Shown: positions 35,870-50,094 of the stretch, in pieces | How positions within the stretch are numbered: position 1 is the first letter of the stretch | How the letters are laid out: each line of letters opens with the position of its first letter | Assembly (NCBI RefSeq): GCF_001194135.2 | Contig: NC_068993.1 | Coordinates: forward strand, 543,375-597,184 | DNA length: 53,810 bases | Direction: 5' to 3' | Source of the DNA: Octopus bimaculoides | Taxonomy: Eukaryota | Position numbers and translations under genes: made by a program | The notes under the pieces: model-generated | Databases searched by the model: none | What the model saw: only the letters and a program-made list of their open reading frames with translations | Told to the model about the DNA's origin: nothing

Positions 35870-36050
35870 ATAGGGGGAGGGGGGGACTAGTTGATTATAT
35901 TGACCCCAGTATTTCAGTGGTACTTATTTCATTGACCCCAAAAGGATGAAGAGCAAAGTCAACCTTGGTGGAATTTGAACTTAGGATGTCAAGATGGATG
36001 AAATGCCACTTAGCCTTATGTCCAGCATTATAATGAGTCTGCCAGCTTGC
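35870..36050 (-). mobile_element. tRNA-derived SINE with a Nin-like domain; further copies near 7960-8150, 16500-16690, 29950-30025, 37750-37860, 52790-52880
   Basis: Reverse complement has gttcaaattcc followed by ggttgactttgctcttcatccttttggggtcaatgaaataagtacc, which resembles the Nin domain. Confidence 0.65.
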
Positions 36051-37183
36051 TTACTTTATAAATGAGATAATATACTCGAAAATGAAATAGCATTGACTAA
36101 TTAGAGAATCTTATATTAATTTATTAAGTTATATTGAACTGTATTGATTTCCTCCCATGGTTCTCCACCCAACACGTAGCTGCCTGTCACCATCTTTCTT
36201 CCTCTTATTCCGCTGCTTTCCCCATTATACTCATTCTCATATTGTCTTTACTTTCATCCTCTCATGCATTACTTTCTTTCTCTCTTCCGATCATCCTCTT
36301 GATCTTGTTTACTCTGAGTGAAAAGAGAAGATGTATAGAGGAAAGACTCCTTCACCTTGCAGAGGACATGATAACCTGTTTGGTGCTGGGGCCATAATGA
36401 AAATGTTGGTGCATTCTGTAGAGTATTTGGGGTCAGAAGAGGCATCCAGTCTCAGAGGCCTTACTAAAATGGAGAGCAAAAGCAAGATGGAGTCCTCTGA
36501 CCTGTCCAGGAGAATGTTTGTTGAGGAAAGGAACTAAGGTAGTGATGACTCATCAAACCCATACTGGTATAGTTGGTGGACATAAAATGATGATGATGAT
36601 GATGATGGTGGTGATGATGACACTGACAATGATGATGATGATGATGATTGTGGTGGTAGTGGTGATGGGGATGATAATGACAATGATGATGATGATGATG
36701 CTTATATATATGGGAAGTCCTTTATTGCCAACACTCTTATCTCATGTTACATAAAAGTTAACCTTTGGTTTTTGTTAGAATAAATTTTAGATTTCATTTC
36801 GTTGGTCTCAGAAGACTTTTTGACATTTGTTGAAACGATGAACTTCAACTGTATTGATCTCAGAGGATCTGAAAGGACTTTCTACTGGCCATAGTTCCTT
36901 AACAGGTTCTGGGCCTTCACAGGTCATGGCCAAAGTCATGACCAGCAAAGGTCAAGGCTTCCAGTAGATGTCCGTTCTCTAATTAAAACTAATAAAATAT
37001 TTCTAATGCTGCTGACAACTAGAATTTGCTAACATGACGCACTTGTTTGTATTATTGTATCTCAAACAGTTGGCTATGAGACACACACACACACACACAC
37101 AAACACATGCACACATACTTTTATGTGTGTCTGTTTTTCATATTCACACATGTATACACACACACACACACACNNNNNNNNNN

Positions 37184-37246
<63 letters not shown>

Positions 37247-38409
37247 ATTATGAATCCTTATAACAAGTATTTATCCTTGTAAATCTTTCAAACTGTCACA
37301 CGTAAAACAATAATTACACACACACACACAAGTCAGTGTTACATTGTCTTTGGTAATTATTTTCTAAGCCCTTCAAAATAGTTTTTGTTTTAGTTTTTTA
37401 ATCTTAGGGGTGGCTGGGAGGTCAAAACTGTTGTCTGTCTCCATGGAGGAGAGGGAGGGGGAGAGGATGAAGGACCCTGGTCAAAATGCATGCAAACAGA
37501 ATGAACCCTGTAAATGGTATCCAAGGGTTAGGGGTGGTTTTAAACCCTATGAAACTGATTAAATCTGCCACCTGTCAATATGGACATGCCATCCAATAAG
37601 TTTCCATGCAGACCTTGAGCTCCACCCAATGTTACAAGACACCTACCCCAAGATACCAAGGTACCCTGCAATGACATTGAACCCTAACCCTGCTCTGTTG
37701 CTTCAGTTGCTGGCCATTCATGGTTAAGAACTCTGACAAAATGCCACAACTTGATGGGGAGGGAGCATGTGATTAAATTGACACCAGTTTATCACTGGTA
37801 CTTATTTTATTGATCTCAGAAGAAACAAAAACCAAGTTGGCTTCAGTTGGATTTGAACTCATCACAGTATTTATATCATAAACATCAATGTAATCGTTTT
37901 TACAATCAGCATTGACACCAGTTACTGTTCAATCAAAATACAGTTTTTTTCTTATGGATGTCTTGGTTATTCTTTTGATAGTAAAACCTTTGTCAATTAA
38001 AAAGCTAATTTAAAGAATTGTTTTTCTAAATTATATTTTTGTTTAAAATTCTTCTAGTTTACTGAAGAAAAAATGGTTTAAATAGATAGTTCCATTGGCA
38101 GGAATAACTTCTAAATGAAAAGCAGTGTTAACTGAGTGTAATTAGAGATGGGAGTAGAAGTGTTACATTTTAAGAATCAACAGAGCATTGGTATTTTTGG
38201 TCAAGCACAGAATGTTTTGAGTTCAAAATCAACTTTGCTTTTTGTCCTTTTAGGGTTGATAAAATAAAGGTCAATAATTTTGAAGCAAGGTGTAAGTGAC
38301 TGACCACCCACTTCAAAACTGCTGCTGGCCTGGTGCCTAAATAATTAGTGCAGAAGAGTGTATTCGTGGGTAAATAAATGATAGGACACTTTAGGAGAGA
38401 AGATTTGGT

Positions 38410-38431
38410 GAGAGTGAGAGAGAATGAAAGG

Positions 38432-38526
<95 letters not shown>

Positions 38527-38580
38527 GAACAGAGAGAGAGAGAGAGAGAGAATGAAAGGAACAGAGAGAGAGAGAGTGAT
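38410..38580. repeat. Compound (GA)n microsatellite with three aatgaaaggaac interruptions
   Basis: Direct reading. Confidence 0.9.
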
Positions 38581-39282
38581 GAGGATTTTATAACAGAACA
38601 CAAAACCAATTCAACTCCCTAAATTGCAGCTATAAAAACCCTACAAAAGAGACTAAAGGCTTAATTGATGTAATCTTAATTAAATTAATGAACAGAAATT
38701 AAGGAAGCAACATAAAATGGTCTACCACACAAGGAAAAAGTTTGTAAAGGGGACAGTGTACCATTCCATGGAAAACACTTGTATTCATTGGTTGGTTAGA
38801 GATTTGTTTTGGGGTTTGAAAAAACAGAATGTCTTTGGTGCAGGCATTAATTCTGGAATTTGAAAATCTTATCTATTTCTTTCTAAATTCTATTTATTCC
38901 ACCAAAGAATTTTGGGTTTTGGATTAACTGAACATTATAGTATTAACCCTTTTCTTACCATTTAAAAAAAAATAAATTGCTTTTGTTTCAATTAAATTTG
39001 AAAATTATGAAGAATTTAGTAAAATAACTGTCACTCTTGACATAAACTTAACATGCTATTTTGAAGAAAGGTCATAATTCAGATTCCTTTTAAAACAGGA
39101 AGTTTGCAGCATAGAACCAGGAATGTTTTAGGATTGGGTTGGTATTAAAATGTTGAAAGAAATAGAATGGAATTTGTTGATGTTAACAAGTTTACTCCCT
39201 CTTACGTAATTGTCCCAACAGAGGAATATTGTGATTTAGACAACTATTAATAATAAGGTTCTAATACAACTCTAATATCAAT

Positions 39283-39353
<71 letters not shown>

Positions 39354-40811
39354 AAGAGAGAGAGAGAGAACATTTACTTACAGAAGTCCACAGTTAATCA
39401 GTGTTGTTACTGCTATATGTATTAAGTACCAGAAATGATGTAGACACAATCATAAAAATAAAAGCAAGATTTATGAAATGAATAATTGACAAATGTCTTT
39501 TTAGTTCCAATGTGAAAGAATAACGAGTAAGAGTGGCTAACAAGAGACAGTTTTCAGTTGTGCATCATGTTGCCAAACAGTTGACAGCTATGGAGTCAAT
39601 GAGCTGACAACCAGAACTACCCAGACAAATTCAAATGTTGCTCTGATGCTGGCTCTTGGTTTTTTTCTTTTTCTTTTTTCCTTTCACGTGTGAGAGATAA
39701 TCATATTGAATAGGATTACAATTGATAATTTATTAGAAATGTAACACATCATGTGTCAGAACTAATCAGATCCCCCCCCCTCCTTCGTGCAAGCCACCTC
39801 TATCTTGATAATCTGCTTTAGTGTGAGGCAATGCTTACTGAGAGAGAGAGAGAGAGAGAGAGAAATAGAGAGTGAGAGAGAGAGAGAGTGAGAGAGAGAG
39901 TGAGAGAGAAATAGAGAGAGAGAGTGAGAGAGTGTCAAGATCACATTATTGCGAGGAAAAGGTTCAACCTAAAATCAAAATATTACTTTGTTTGCAATAA
40001 TCTGGCAAGTTTACACACGTACACACACCCTGATGCACACGCATGCATGCAGACAGACACACCCAAACAGACACACACGTGCACACACACACACACACAT
40101 ACATACATATGAAGAAATATAAAGATATTTGCATATACACACATTTTTGCAGATATATATATATTGTACATACATACCTATTTGTAAATATATATATATA
40201 TATATACATACATATATATACACATACTCACACATGCATATGTATATATGTATATCTATATAAATATATCTGTTTGTTTAGTGGTGTAATGAACAGAGAG
40301 TTGATGTCACTGAACAGCAATCAATTACTTTAAAACAACAGAGACTGGTGATGTTGTCCCACACCCATTTTTACTGGTTAAACATCAATCTTGTGATTGA
40401 TGATGGATATGATTAATAAAAGAATTAGCAAAATAGTGTTTCTTTGCATAAAAAGATTCATATAAATAATTTACTACTCATTATTTAATAATTATGGTTT
40501 ATAATTTCACTCACATCTGAGAAAAATTTAAAAATTCAATATAAAAAAACCTTTAAAAACAAACAAAAAAACTATTTAATATAAATATAATTCCTAATAA
40601 TTAATTATCATTTTTATTTCCTTTAAAATTATATGTTTTTTAATCTTGAATTAATTTCAGTATCATTGAAACTTGTTTTATATTTTATTGAGATATAGAT
40701 TTGATGTGTAGCACTTAAATTATCAAACATTTGACAGACATAAAATCATATCTAATATCATATCATACATGCATGTATCTGTGTTTGTGTGTCTATCTAT
40801 CTATCTGACTG

Positions 40812-40851
<40 letters not shown>

Positions 40852-41109
40852 ATGTTATAATGAAAACCACAAGTCTTGTTAAATACAGCTATCTAGGGTC
40901 TGACTTTGGAGAAGATTTTCCATTTGACATGGTGCAGCCTCCTGGCTTCCCAGACCCCAGTCGAACCGTCCAGCCCATGCCAGCATGGAAAATAGACATT
41001 AAACGATGATGATAATGATTGTAATTGATCCTTTCATCTTTAAGCCTCCAGATTAAAGCTGAAAGGGTCTTTGAATGTCATAGTGCCTTAAATTCGAAAG
41101 ATGGTTGTT

Positions 41110-41420
41110 TTATCTGGATTTAAATTTTCCTTCCATGTCTGGCAACAGGACTCTGCACCATGCCGCAGAAGCAGGAGAACCCAGCCATGGCTGTCAGACA
41201 ATTTCTGCGACCATATCACCCCTAACAACTGGCCACCTAACTCCTCAGACTGCAACCCCCTTGATTATTATGTGTGGGGCACAGTTGAGTAAGTGACCAA
41301 CAAAACTCCTTGTAACACCAAAGATGAACTGAGTGCAAGAATTATGGCAGCATTGACCAACTTAAACAAGAAGACTGTCCTGAAGAGTTGCAGGAGATTC
41401 CAAAGTCGTTTGAAGGCCGG
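41110..41420 (+). mobile_element. Tc1/mariner transposase C-terminal relic (maT/DD37D-like)
   Basis: WQQDSAP and WPPNSSDCNPLDYYVWG correspond to the QQD.AP and WPP.SPDLNP.DY..W catalytic motifs. A stop follows VE. Confidence 0.85.
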
Positions 41421-43401
41421 ACTTCGAATGGAATGAGAGCAAAGTGAAGGAGACAAGGAGGACTATGCAGAGGATGGAGAGATGAGAGAGGGAGGATTAT
41501 GAGGGATTAAGAGATAGGTGCAGCTAGGTGGGGGAGGGGGGGGGAGGATGCCAGGTGAGGTAGGGGCAGCAAAAAGTTCTTGTTTGATGGAGGTTGAGCT
41601 GGGTTTAGGCAGCGACAAAAACAATTTCCTTGTTTCCTCAAAGAGTCAAAGACAAAACTAACATGGTGTAATTTGGTACATTTTCATATTCTCTGTTGGG
41701 ACTTCTTCAAAAACAATTTGGTGCCAGACTAGAGGAATAAGATATTGTAAATTGTTGTGTCTTCCTATAATTTGGCAACAGATGTTGTATTCTGGCAGAT
41801 TCTTCACAGAAATAATATCCTTCCAGTTCTTGCAATAATACTTTATTTCAATGTTTTAACAGTAATTATAAGTACAACTTGGTAAACTGACTTTCCAAAA
41901 TATTGTTACATGTTCTTCAGAGATTCCCAGAGCAATAAACTTGATTTTGGTTGTTAAGTAACCATAAAAACAATTCATTCAGCTCAGGAATGGAACTGGA
42001 TCTCCTTTAATGTTCAGTGTTATCTTATTAACAGCATAAACTAACGTCAGAATCTCTATGTGTTTGTCTGACTTGCTAGAAATAACAGCAGCCAAATCTC
42101 TCTCAAGTCTTACACTAACCATTTTAAATAAGACAGACAGAAGTTTTTGTCAGAGAATCTTTCTCCAAAAAGAGCTACCTTCCCCATGGCTTTGTCAAAA
42201 ATAACAAGTGACTCACTGACCCTTGGGAAATCTATTTAACCCAAAGATGGAAGCCTAACAGGTATTACCATTCCAGGAGAGAATGGACCTGGCAGTAATG
42301 GTAATTAAGGGGTGACACCAAACTCCTCACAACTCCAGAATGCCCAGACTGGAGCCTCACCACTGGATGCAGTTTAACGTCATTCCCAGAAAATGCCTAC
42401 CTAAAATTGTTGATGAAAAATAAAGATTAAAATAAATGAGAAAAAAAAACCAACGAATTTAACTAACAACCCAATACGATATATTCTGTCAAAAACAGAT
42501 TCTTTAAATTTCATCCCCTTTCTTCATTTTTTTATTTGTCATTCATAGACCTTTTATTTTTTATTTTTTATTTATCTTTCTTCTCCAATTGTCAGATTTT
42601 CCGTTTCACTTTCTTCATCAGTATTACTTGCTTTTTCTGATATTTCTTCTAAAGATGGAATACTGGCAGAATCACAAACACCAACTCACTACGTAGGAAT
42701 TGAATCCAAAGCACTGTGTTCAGACATGAAAATAAATGTGAATAGGAAACAGGATTTTTTGACATGGGATTGATGGCGTCAGCAAACTGCTAACCAACCA
42801 TTCAGGCTTTCTAGTGGAAGCATAAAGAATTGTTTTTATGAGTAGCTGAGCTGACTAGCAAAGACACAACATAGCCAGCAGATGAGTAACATGTTGGAGT
42901 TCCAGTTGTAAACAACATACTGGAATGGTGTTAAAGATTTTATCTTTGGCACCTTATCTTTAACAGATGATGGATAAATATAAATCATTTGTCCGATAAC
43001 TGACCAGTGGTTGTGTCACAGCTAAAGTCAACTTGCTGTGACACAACTTAAACCATTGAACTTCAGATACAAAATTCAGTGTCTTTAAGAATTGACTTTC
43101 ATTTGTCACACACACACACACAGTCACATGTCTCTCATGGAGACACAAATTGATTTGCTTGGTGCAAATATCTTTTTTTAAATCGATAATTGCAATGGTA
43201 TAAATTTTTTGCTAATGATAAAATAAATATTTTTGTATTTGGACTTCACACAAATTTTTGCTCTGTCAACTAACAGAGCATTCCTTCATTACACTTTCTT
43301 CCTCACATATTTGGGGCCCATACATGTACATATACATATATACTCATATGCATATATATACATATTCATATATATATATATAATATATATATATATATAT
43401 G

Positions 43402-43467
<66 letters not shown>

Positions 43468-44073
43468 AATATTTCTTTCCATCTTCCTGTTCTGAAGTCT
43501 TTGTTTTTCGTCTCCTAAAAAGCAACAATACTGTCATACGAAACATCAGCTTAGGATTAAGTTATCGATTTCAGATTAATATATAGACTCCTCCTGTTTT
43601 ATATCTATTTCTTTTTTCGTTTTTTGCCTAATCCTTCAGCAACCAGAGAACTATAATTATTCCAGAGGAAGCCAGCACTACTGTTGCTGTGGTCCATCAC
43701 CGCCATAAGAGAGAAAAGCTTAGCAAACACCAGTTCCACAAATATAGAGATTTGCAATCAAAGTGTTTGTTAAGTAGACTGCTGCCGTGTCTGGTAATGG
43801 TCTTCATTGAATCTACTGGAAGTCAATGATATTGGGTTTGGGTGGGGGGCTTAGCCTTGCAGCTGATTGGCCGAATGTCTGTTCAGTAAAATTGATTATT
43901 GATAAAAAGATTAAACTAGTTAAAAAGATATTTACTATTTGTTAATATTGAGCAATTAATTAGCAACCAATTATTTAGCAATTAAATAAAAGGGAAAGCA
44001 AATGGGAGTGAGCAGCTCCTTGTAGATAACAGGTTTTCATAACTAATCATACACACACACACACGTGTGTGTG

Positions 44074-44126
<53 letters not shown>

Positions 44127-44869
44127 TTGAACTGAAATCCAGCATCTGTCTATATTCTGAATTTCTCAACAATGTCGATGTTTTTGTCAGTCAACCACAC
44201 ATCTTTCATCGAAAGAAATTGTAAGGAACTAATTGTTCTCATACATCTCCCATACTATAATGCATGTGTTTAATTGGCAAAAAGACAAAGATGACCATCC
44301 CCAAGTATAACAATACTTGTTTCAACACACGTTTTCACATCAAGAATCTTGCAAAACAAACACATAATCTTTTAGTTTTTACATCAATAACATACTTTTT
44401 ATGTGGAAATCTACTGAAAAACACCAATAAATGATATTTTTCCTGCCCATTGGATAAACATCATTAATTACTTCTTATTCAAGGTTAATTAAATTAATAA
44501 CTGCTGAGGTGAGTGGAAAAAAAAAAACACAAACCTTGTGCTAAGTTTATTGCAGGTTTATTTATTTTGAGGAGTTAAAACTGGTTTTAGTTAAGTTCTT
44601 AGAGACAATGAATTTGTAATTCTTACATATATCCTCTTCTTCCTCCTCGTCTCCATCACCATCATCATCATCATCATCATCATTTTGCCACCCTTTTCTA
44701 TGCTGGCAACAGTTGGACAACCCTTTTTACACTCCAAGTCTGGCCAGCCTGGACATAGAACCAGTAGAATATTTGGGATGGGTTCAGGGGCTGTTTTAAA
44801 TGCTAAAAGGTTAATATTTGAAGGTTTTTATAACATTTAAAAAAAAATTTTTTTACAATTTTGTTTTTA

Positions 44870-45180
44870 TGTATATGGGAGCCCTAATTGTGGAGGGAAC
44901 GTGTGGAAGGGGCAGATCCAGGAAAACATGGGACGAAGTGGTAAGAAAGGATCTTCAGATGTTGGGCCTCACAGAGAAGATGACAAGGGATCGAGACTTC
45001 TGGCGGGTCAGGGAAGTCACATCAAGCTAAGTAAATACATGGTTGCCCTTGCATACAGGTATCCCTCTTCAGCTGAGCGTTCCTAATCCTGTGGACTTGT
45101 GGGTCACCCATGCTGGTGCTGCATAAAAGCACCCAGTTCACTTTGTAAAGTGGTTGGTGTTAGCAGAGGCATCCAGCTGT
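44870..45180 (+). mobile_element. RTE-clade LINE 3' fragment (ORF2 C-terminus plus 3' UTR)
   Basis: VEGTCGRGRSRKTWDEVVRKDL...DRDFWR matches the RTE GRPR.TW...DR..WR terminus. Confidence 0.75.
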
Positions 45181-46359
45181 GATGTTCCCATTCCTTTCAG
45201 TCCCTGAGGACAACTCACAAAGGTTACTGGTGCAACCATTCCACCTTTAATGAAGCCACAAATGTTTTTCCATAGAGCTCAAAGAGTTTTGAGTGAAATC
45301 CTGAACTGGCATCGTGTTTGGCAGAAGAGAGTTTGTAGTTTTGTCTGATTTAGTTTCACTGTAGTGGGTCNNNNNNNNNNATACAAACCATTTAATCAGG
45401 AGAGATATACTGCAGGAAAAAAAGAACAAAACAAAACTACAGTAAAATAATAAAGAAATAATACTATAGAAAAATAAAATAAATGGAACAAGATAGGCAC
45501 TGGCCAGGAAGTAGTGAATAGAAAGTTGTGTGTGTGTGTGTGATATTTAAATGTGGATCTCTAAATCATTTCATTCACGTTTGTTGTTTGTGAAATCATG
45601 TTTCGTATTTAAGGCTGGGTTAATCTAACAAAGACGTCATTTGAAGGTTAGAACGGATGGCATTTGAAATGTTGACATACAAACACGGAAGATGTTGATG
45701 GTAATCTGGCCGAATATATCAACATGTAACACATCAGAAATATCAGGCTGTCGACGAGTTTGTTGTTTCTCTTCCAAGAATTATAGAAAATGGAATGGAA
45801 TGGAAGATCAATTTTTTATGTTGTTGTTGATAAACATATCAAGATTAAATCTGTTGGAGGAAAATATATCATGAAATATTATTCTAAAGAACTTTTTCAA
45901 CTGATCCAAAGTTGGGTTTGATTAGAAATACATTAACAGCGCGAGAAAACCTCTATGCAATCAACCATTATTCAAATAATAACAGCTATATCTCATACTA
46001 CTGACTTAAAAAAAGGACATAGAGTTTTTGGTGGGGATGGTCATGGTTGGAATGTCTTTGATCATAGTCAGCATTGACCTGAGATTAAATGACAACAATA
46101 ACAACAATAACATGGGTTTCGAACACAAACGAATTACTTTTTTCTGTTTCTTTTGCTTTCTTTCTTAATGAGATTCACTTTAAATAAAGTTTCTCCGCAT
46201 GTGTGTGTCTGTGTGTGTGTGTGTGTGTGCATGTCCCTGTATTGCAGTTAAATAATGTGGCTCAGATATCTTTTCAAAACCAATATGATGTGTGTTTGAG
46301 GCAGCGAGGAGGCAGAGTCGTTAGCCCAGGGGGAAAAATACTTAACAGCATTTCTTCTG

Positions 46360-46460
46360 TCTTGATGTGCTGTGGTTTGCTGTGATGCTCTTATGGTTAC
46401 TGTATTGAAAGTGTTTTGCGTAGGATGTGTGCAGTGCCCAGTAGTGCAATTTTCTGTATG
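46360..46460 (-). mobile_element. R4/Dong-like 3' fragment
   Basis: Reverse complement encodes QKIALLGTAHILRKTLSIQ* plus the start of the 3' UTR. Confidence 0.8.
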
Positions 46461-47324
46461 TTATATATATTTGTAAGTCCTGGTGCTTTTGTTGATTTCT
46501 TTGTTCCTTTTTCATTGACAAATTGATAAATTTGATATCTGATGATAACAAGCAAAGAGAAACTTTGAAGTCACTTTCAACCTTTTCCTTGTTAAAATTC
46601 ATGTCATTATTCTGTTTTCTTTCAAGATTTCTGGCCAATAGAGAAAGAGCTGGTTTCTAACCTAGATTCAAGGCTCCTTCATTGCAATTTCAGCATCAAC
46701 AACAGAGTATTTTTGTTTGTATGTATGTATAGGATGGTCATGCTATAATGTTTCCTGTTGCTGTTTTATTAAAACCCAGCTGGGTGAAAAGTGTTGAAAA
46801 GTTACTGCTGCGACTTGAAACTGTTCTCATTGTTCCCAAGAACAACAAACGTATTGAGTTCCATAGTTTATTGTTCCAGAAATTTCCTTATTGAAATTTC
46901 GCCTCCTAAACAAAAAGAAGAAAGCTAATGTTTGTTAACTATAAATAAACACCGTCTGGGTTAATAATACTAATAACGATGGTGATGATGATGATGATGA
47001 TGATGATATGAATGTCTAGTTTGTTTGATATCATCTATAATGGTTAATTGAATTTATTAAAGAGGGAAGTGTTTTATCTCTGCTCTAAACTAAATGGTAA
47101 TATGTTGGTTGAACAAGTTGGAAATCTATTCATATTGTGTCTCATTACAACACTTAAGATAAACTGTGTGTGTGTCTACATAAACATACATACTTGTTTA
47201 TCTTAATGGCCTACCAATGTATACAGTGAGTTTCTTTGCCCTAGGTGCTGGGAAGGTACTTGGCAAGAAATGGAAACAAAATTGAAAGAAGAGGATAATG
47301 ACAATATTAATAATCACAATAATA

Positions 47325-47539
47325 ATAATCCTTTCTGTTATAGGCACAAGGCCTGAAATTTTGGGGGAGGGGACAAGACAATTACATCAACCCCAGTATT
47401 TCACTGGTACTTAATTTATTGACCCCAGAAGGATGAAAAGCAAAGTTTCTCGGTGGAATTTGAACTCAGAACATAGCAACAGATGAAATACTGCTAAACA
47501 TTTCACCTAGCATGCTAATGATGCTGTCAGCTTGCTGCC

Positions 47540-47545
<6 letters not shown>
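47325..47545 (-). mobile_element. tRNA-derived Nin-like SINE
   Basis: Same family as 35870-36050, with an (AAT)n tail on the plus strand. Confidence 0.7.
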
Positions 47546-47574
<29 letters not shown>

Positions 47575-47960
47575 TTAACATCTGTTGTCCATGCTGGCAT
47601 GGGTTGGACGGTTTGACTAGGGCTGGTAAGCTGGAAGGCTACACCAGACTTCAGTCTGATTTAGCATGGTTTTCTATGGACCTTCCTAATGCCAACCACT
47701 CTGAGAGTGTAATAGGTGCTTTTATGTGCCACTGGCATGGGTGCCATTTGCATGACACCAATATCTGCTACAACTGCACTTTTGCTTGGCTTGATGGGTC
47801 TTCTTCTCAAGCACAACATAATGCCAAAGGTTTCGCAGGTCCAACACTCAAACGGTGCACTTAAGCTACTGGCATGGATGCCAGTTATGTGGCACCAGCA
47901 TCAGCAATGACCATGATTTCACTTGGCTTGACGGGTCTTCTTCTCAAGCACAGCATATTA
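47545..47960 (-). mobile_element. (GAT)n-tailed retroposon with an internal duplication
   Basis: (CAT)n, then ttaacatctgttgtccatgctggcatggg. cttggcttga.gggtcttcttctcaagcaca occurs twice. Confidence 0.75.
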
Positions 47961-49119
47961 CCAAAGGTCTCGGTCACTAGTCCTTACCTTTATGAGGTTC
48001 AAAGTGCAAAGATCATGCTTCAGCACCTTGTCCTATGTCTTCTTGGGTCTACCACAGATTCCCTCCACAGTTAGAGATCGGCTCCTCTTTACACAGCTAT
48101 CCTCATCCATACACATCACATGATCATTCCAGCACAGTCTCTCTTGCACACCACATCTGGTGCCTCTAGTGCCTAACTTTTCTCTCAAGATGCTTACACT
48201 CTGTCAAACATGCACACTGACATTGCACATCCAGCGAAGCATACTGGCTTCATTTCTTTCAAGCTTACACTTGCCCTCAGCTGTCACAGTCTATGTTTCA
48301 CTGCCATGCAGCATAGTTGTTTGAACACAGGCATCATACAAGCTGCCTTTCACTCTGAGGGAGAGGCACTATGTTGCCAGCATATATATATATATGTATG
48401 TATGTGTGTGCACATGTGTGTGTGTGTCTTTGTGATTGTGTTTATCCTCCATCACCACTTGACAACCAGTGTTGGTTTGTTTACATCCCTGCAACATAGC
48501 AGTTTGGCAAAAAGACCATATAGTTGTAAAGTGAACTTCTTAACCACACAACCAGGATCTCTTATACATTTGAAGAGGAAACAATATTTATGAGAATTTA
48601 TCAAGATGCTTTCACCATTTTAGTTGAAATAGATGAAATCAGGTCTTTAAAGATCAGAGTTTACTCTTGTACTCCAAGATAACTTTATCCATAACCATTT
48701 CACTAGCTGTTACATAAACTGGACCCTAAACCCATAATATTCCCATGACAGACGCCATACAGCATGTTGGTAGTGTTCTTGAACTTTTTCACACAATTAA
48801 CTCCACATCTTCCCTAATTGTCGTACAAAACCATATTTATAAACCGTTTCTTGTTTATTTTTTCTGCAGAGAGACAGACACCTTTTGTTGTCGGGAGAAG
48901 AATCTTTCCCTTCCCAAATAACCGATTCCTATTTATATAATACTTTCTCTCAGAATAATACTGTCTTTTTGTTAGTTATGGCTTGTGTTTAAAACAGACT
49001 TTCCTTCAGTTAACCTATTTATATTTTTATGGAATGATTAGTTATTAAAAGTTACTTATTAACATCTCCATTTTTCTGAGTTTGATTCCAGGCAGTGACC
49101 TGAAGGAATATATTCACAG

Positions 49120-49697
49120 ACACGACAGAATAGGGACCTATATACACTGGAAGCTATGCCAACACTATGGAATAACAACAGAAAAAAGATGGTATAAACA
49201 CACGCCAGAAAAGGTCACAGAAAACGAGAAAGCAACCATACTCTAGGATATGCCAATACACACAGATAGAGAAATTAAGGCAAATAGACCAGATATAGTT
49301 GTCAAAGATCATGGAGAAAAAAAATGCTTTCTAATTGATGTATCAATACCAGCAGATGACAACGTCTTTCTAAAAGAAATGGAAAAACTTTCAAAATACA
49401 AAGACCTGGAAATAGAGGTAACTCGAATGTGGAATCTAAAAACAGAAACAATTCCTATTATAGTAGGTGACTTAGGTATAATAAAAAAATATTCAGACAA
49501 ATACATAACAAAAACACCAGGACTTACAAATATATATAACATACAGAAAATTGCACTACTGGGCACAGCACACATCCTACGCAAAACACTTTCAATACAG
49601 TAACCATAAGAGCACCACAGCAAACCACAGCACATACCCAAGGCGCACAGAGCTGCGCTCGGTAGTGAAGTGAAAGCACGTTATAAAAATAAAACTA

Positions 49698-49750
<53 letters not shown>
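49120..49750 (+). mobile_element. R4/Dong-like non-LTR retrotransposon, 5'-truncated, with RLE domain, 3' UTR and (AAT)n tail
   Basis: HDRIGTYIHWKLC; RPDIVVKD...LIDVSIP...KLSKYKDL (PD-D/E-K nuclease); LLGTAHILRK. In-frame TAG near 49244. Confidence 0.9.
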
Positions 49751-49753
<3 letters not shown>

Positions 49754-49754
49754 C

Positions 49755-49879
49755 AACATTGAAAAATACCTTAGGAATGAGAACCCAGGTTCGAAATTTC
49801 CCCCCCAAGGCACCTGATGAAGGCTGGAGGGTATATCAGCTGAAACGTTGAACAACAAACAAGATGAGGACAAATATAT

Positions 49880-49880
<1 letters not shown>
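49755..49880 (+). mobile_element. Penelope-like terminal-repeat fragment carrying a degenerate hammerhead-like core
   Basis: CTGATGA at 49814-49820 and GAAACGT at 49842-49848 flank a short stem. Confidence 0.45.
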
Positions 49881-49919
<39 letters not shown>

Positions 49920-49937
49920 GTATTATATATTATAAAT

Positions 49938-50094
49938 AGCTGTGGCTGTGTGGTAAGAAGCTTGCTTCCCAACCACATGGTTCCAGGTTCAGTTCAATTG
50001 TGTGGTACCTTGAACAAGTACCTACTACTATAGCCTTGGGCTGACCAAAATCTTGTCAGTGGATTTGGTAGATGGAAACTGAAAGAAGCCTGTC

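Noticed and set aside
49938-50010. tRNA gene (also 33960-34035)
   Set aside because: A and B boxes are present, but there is no full cloverleaf and the sequence runs into a repeat body. These are SINE heads.
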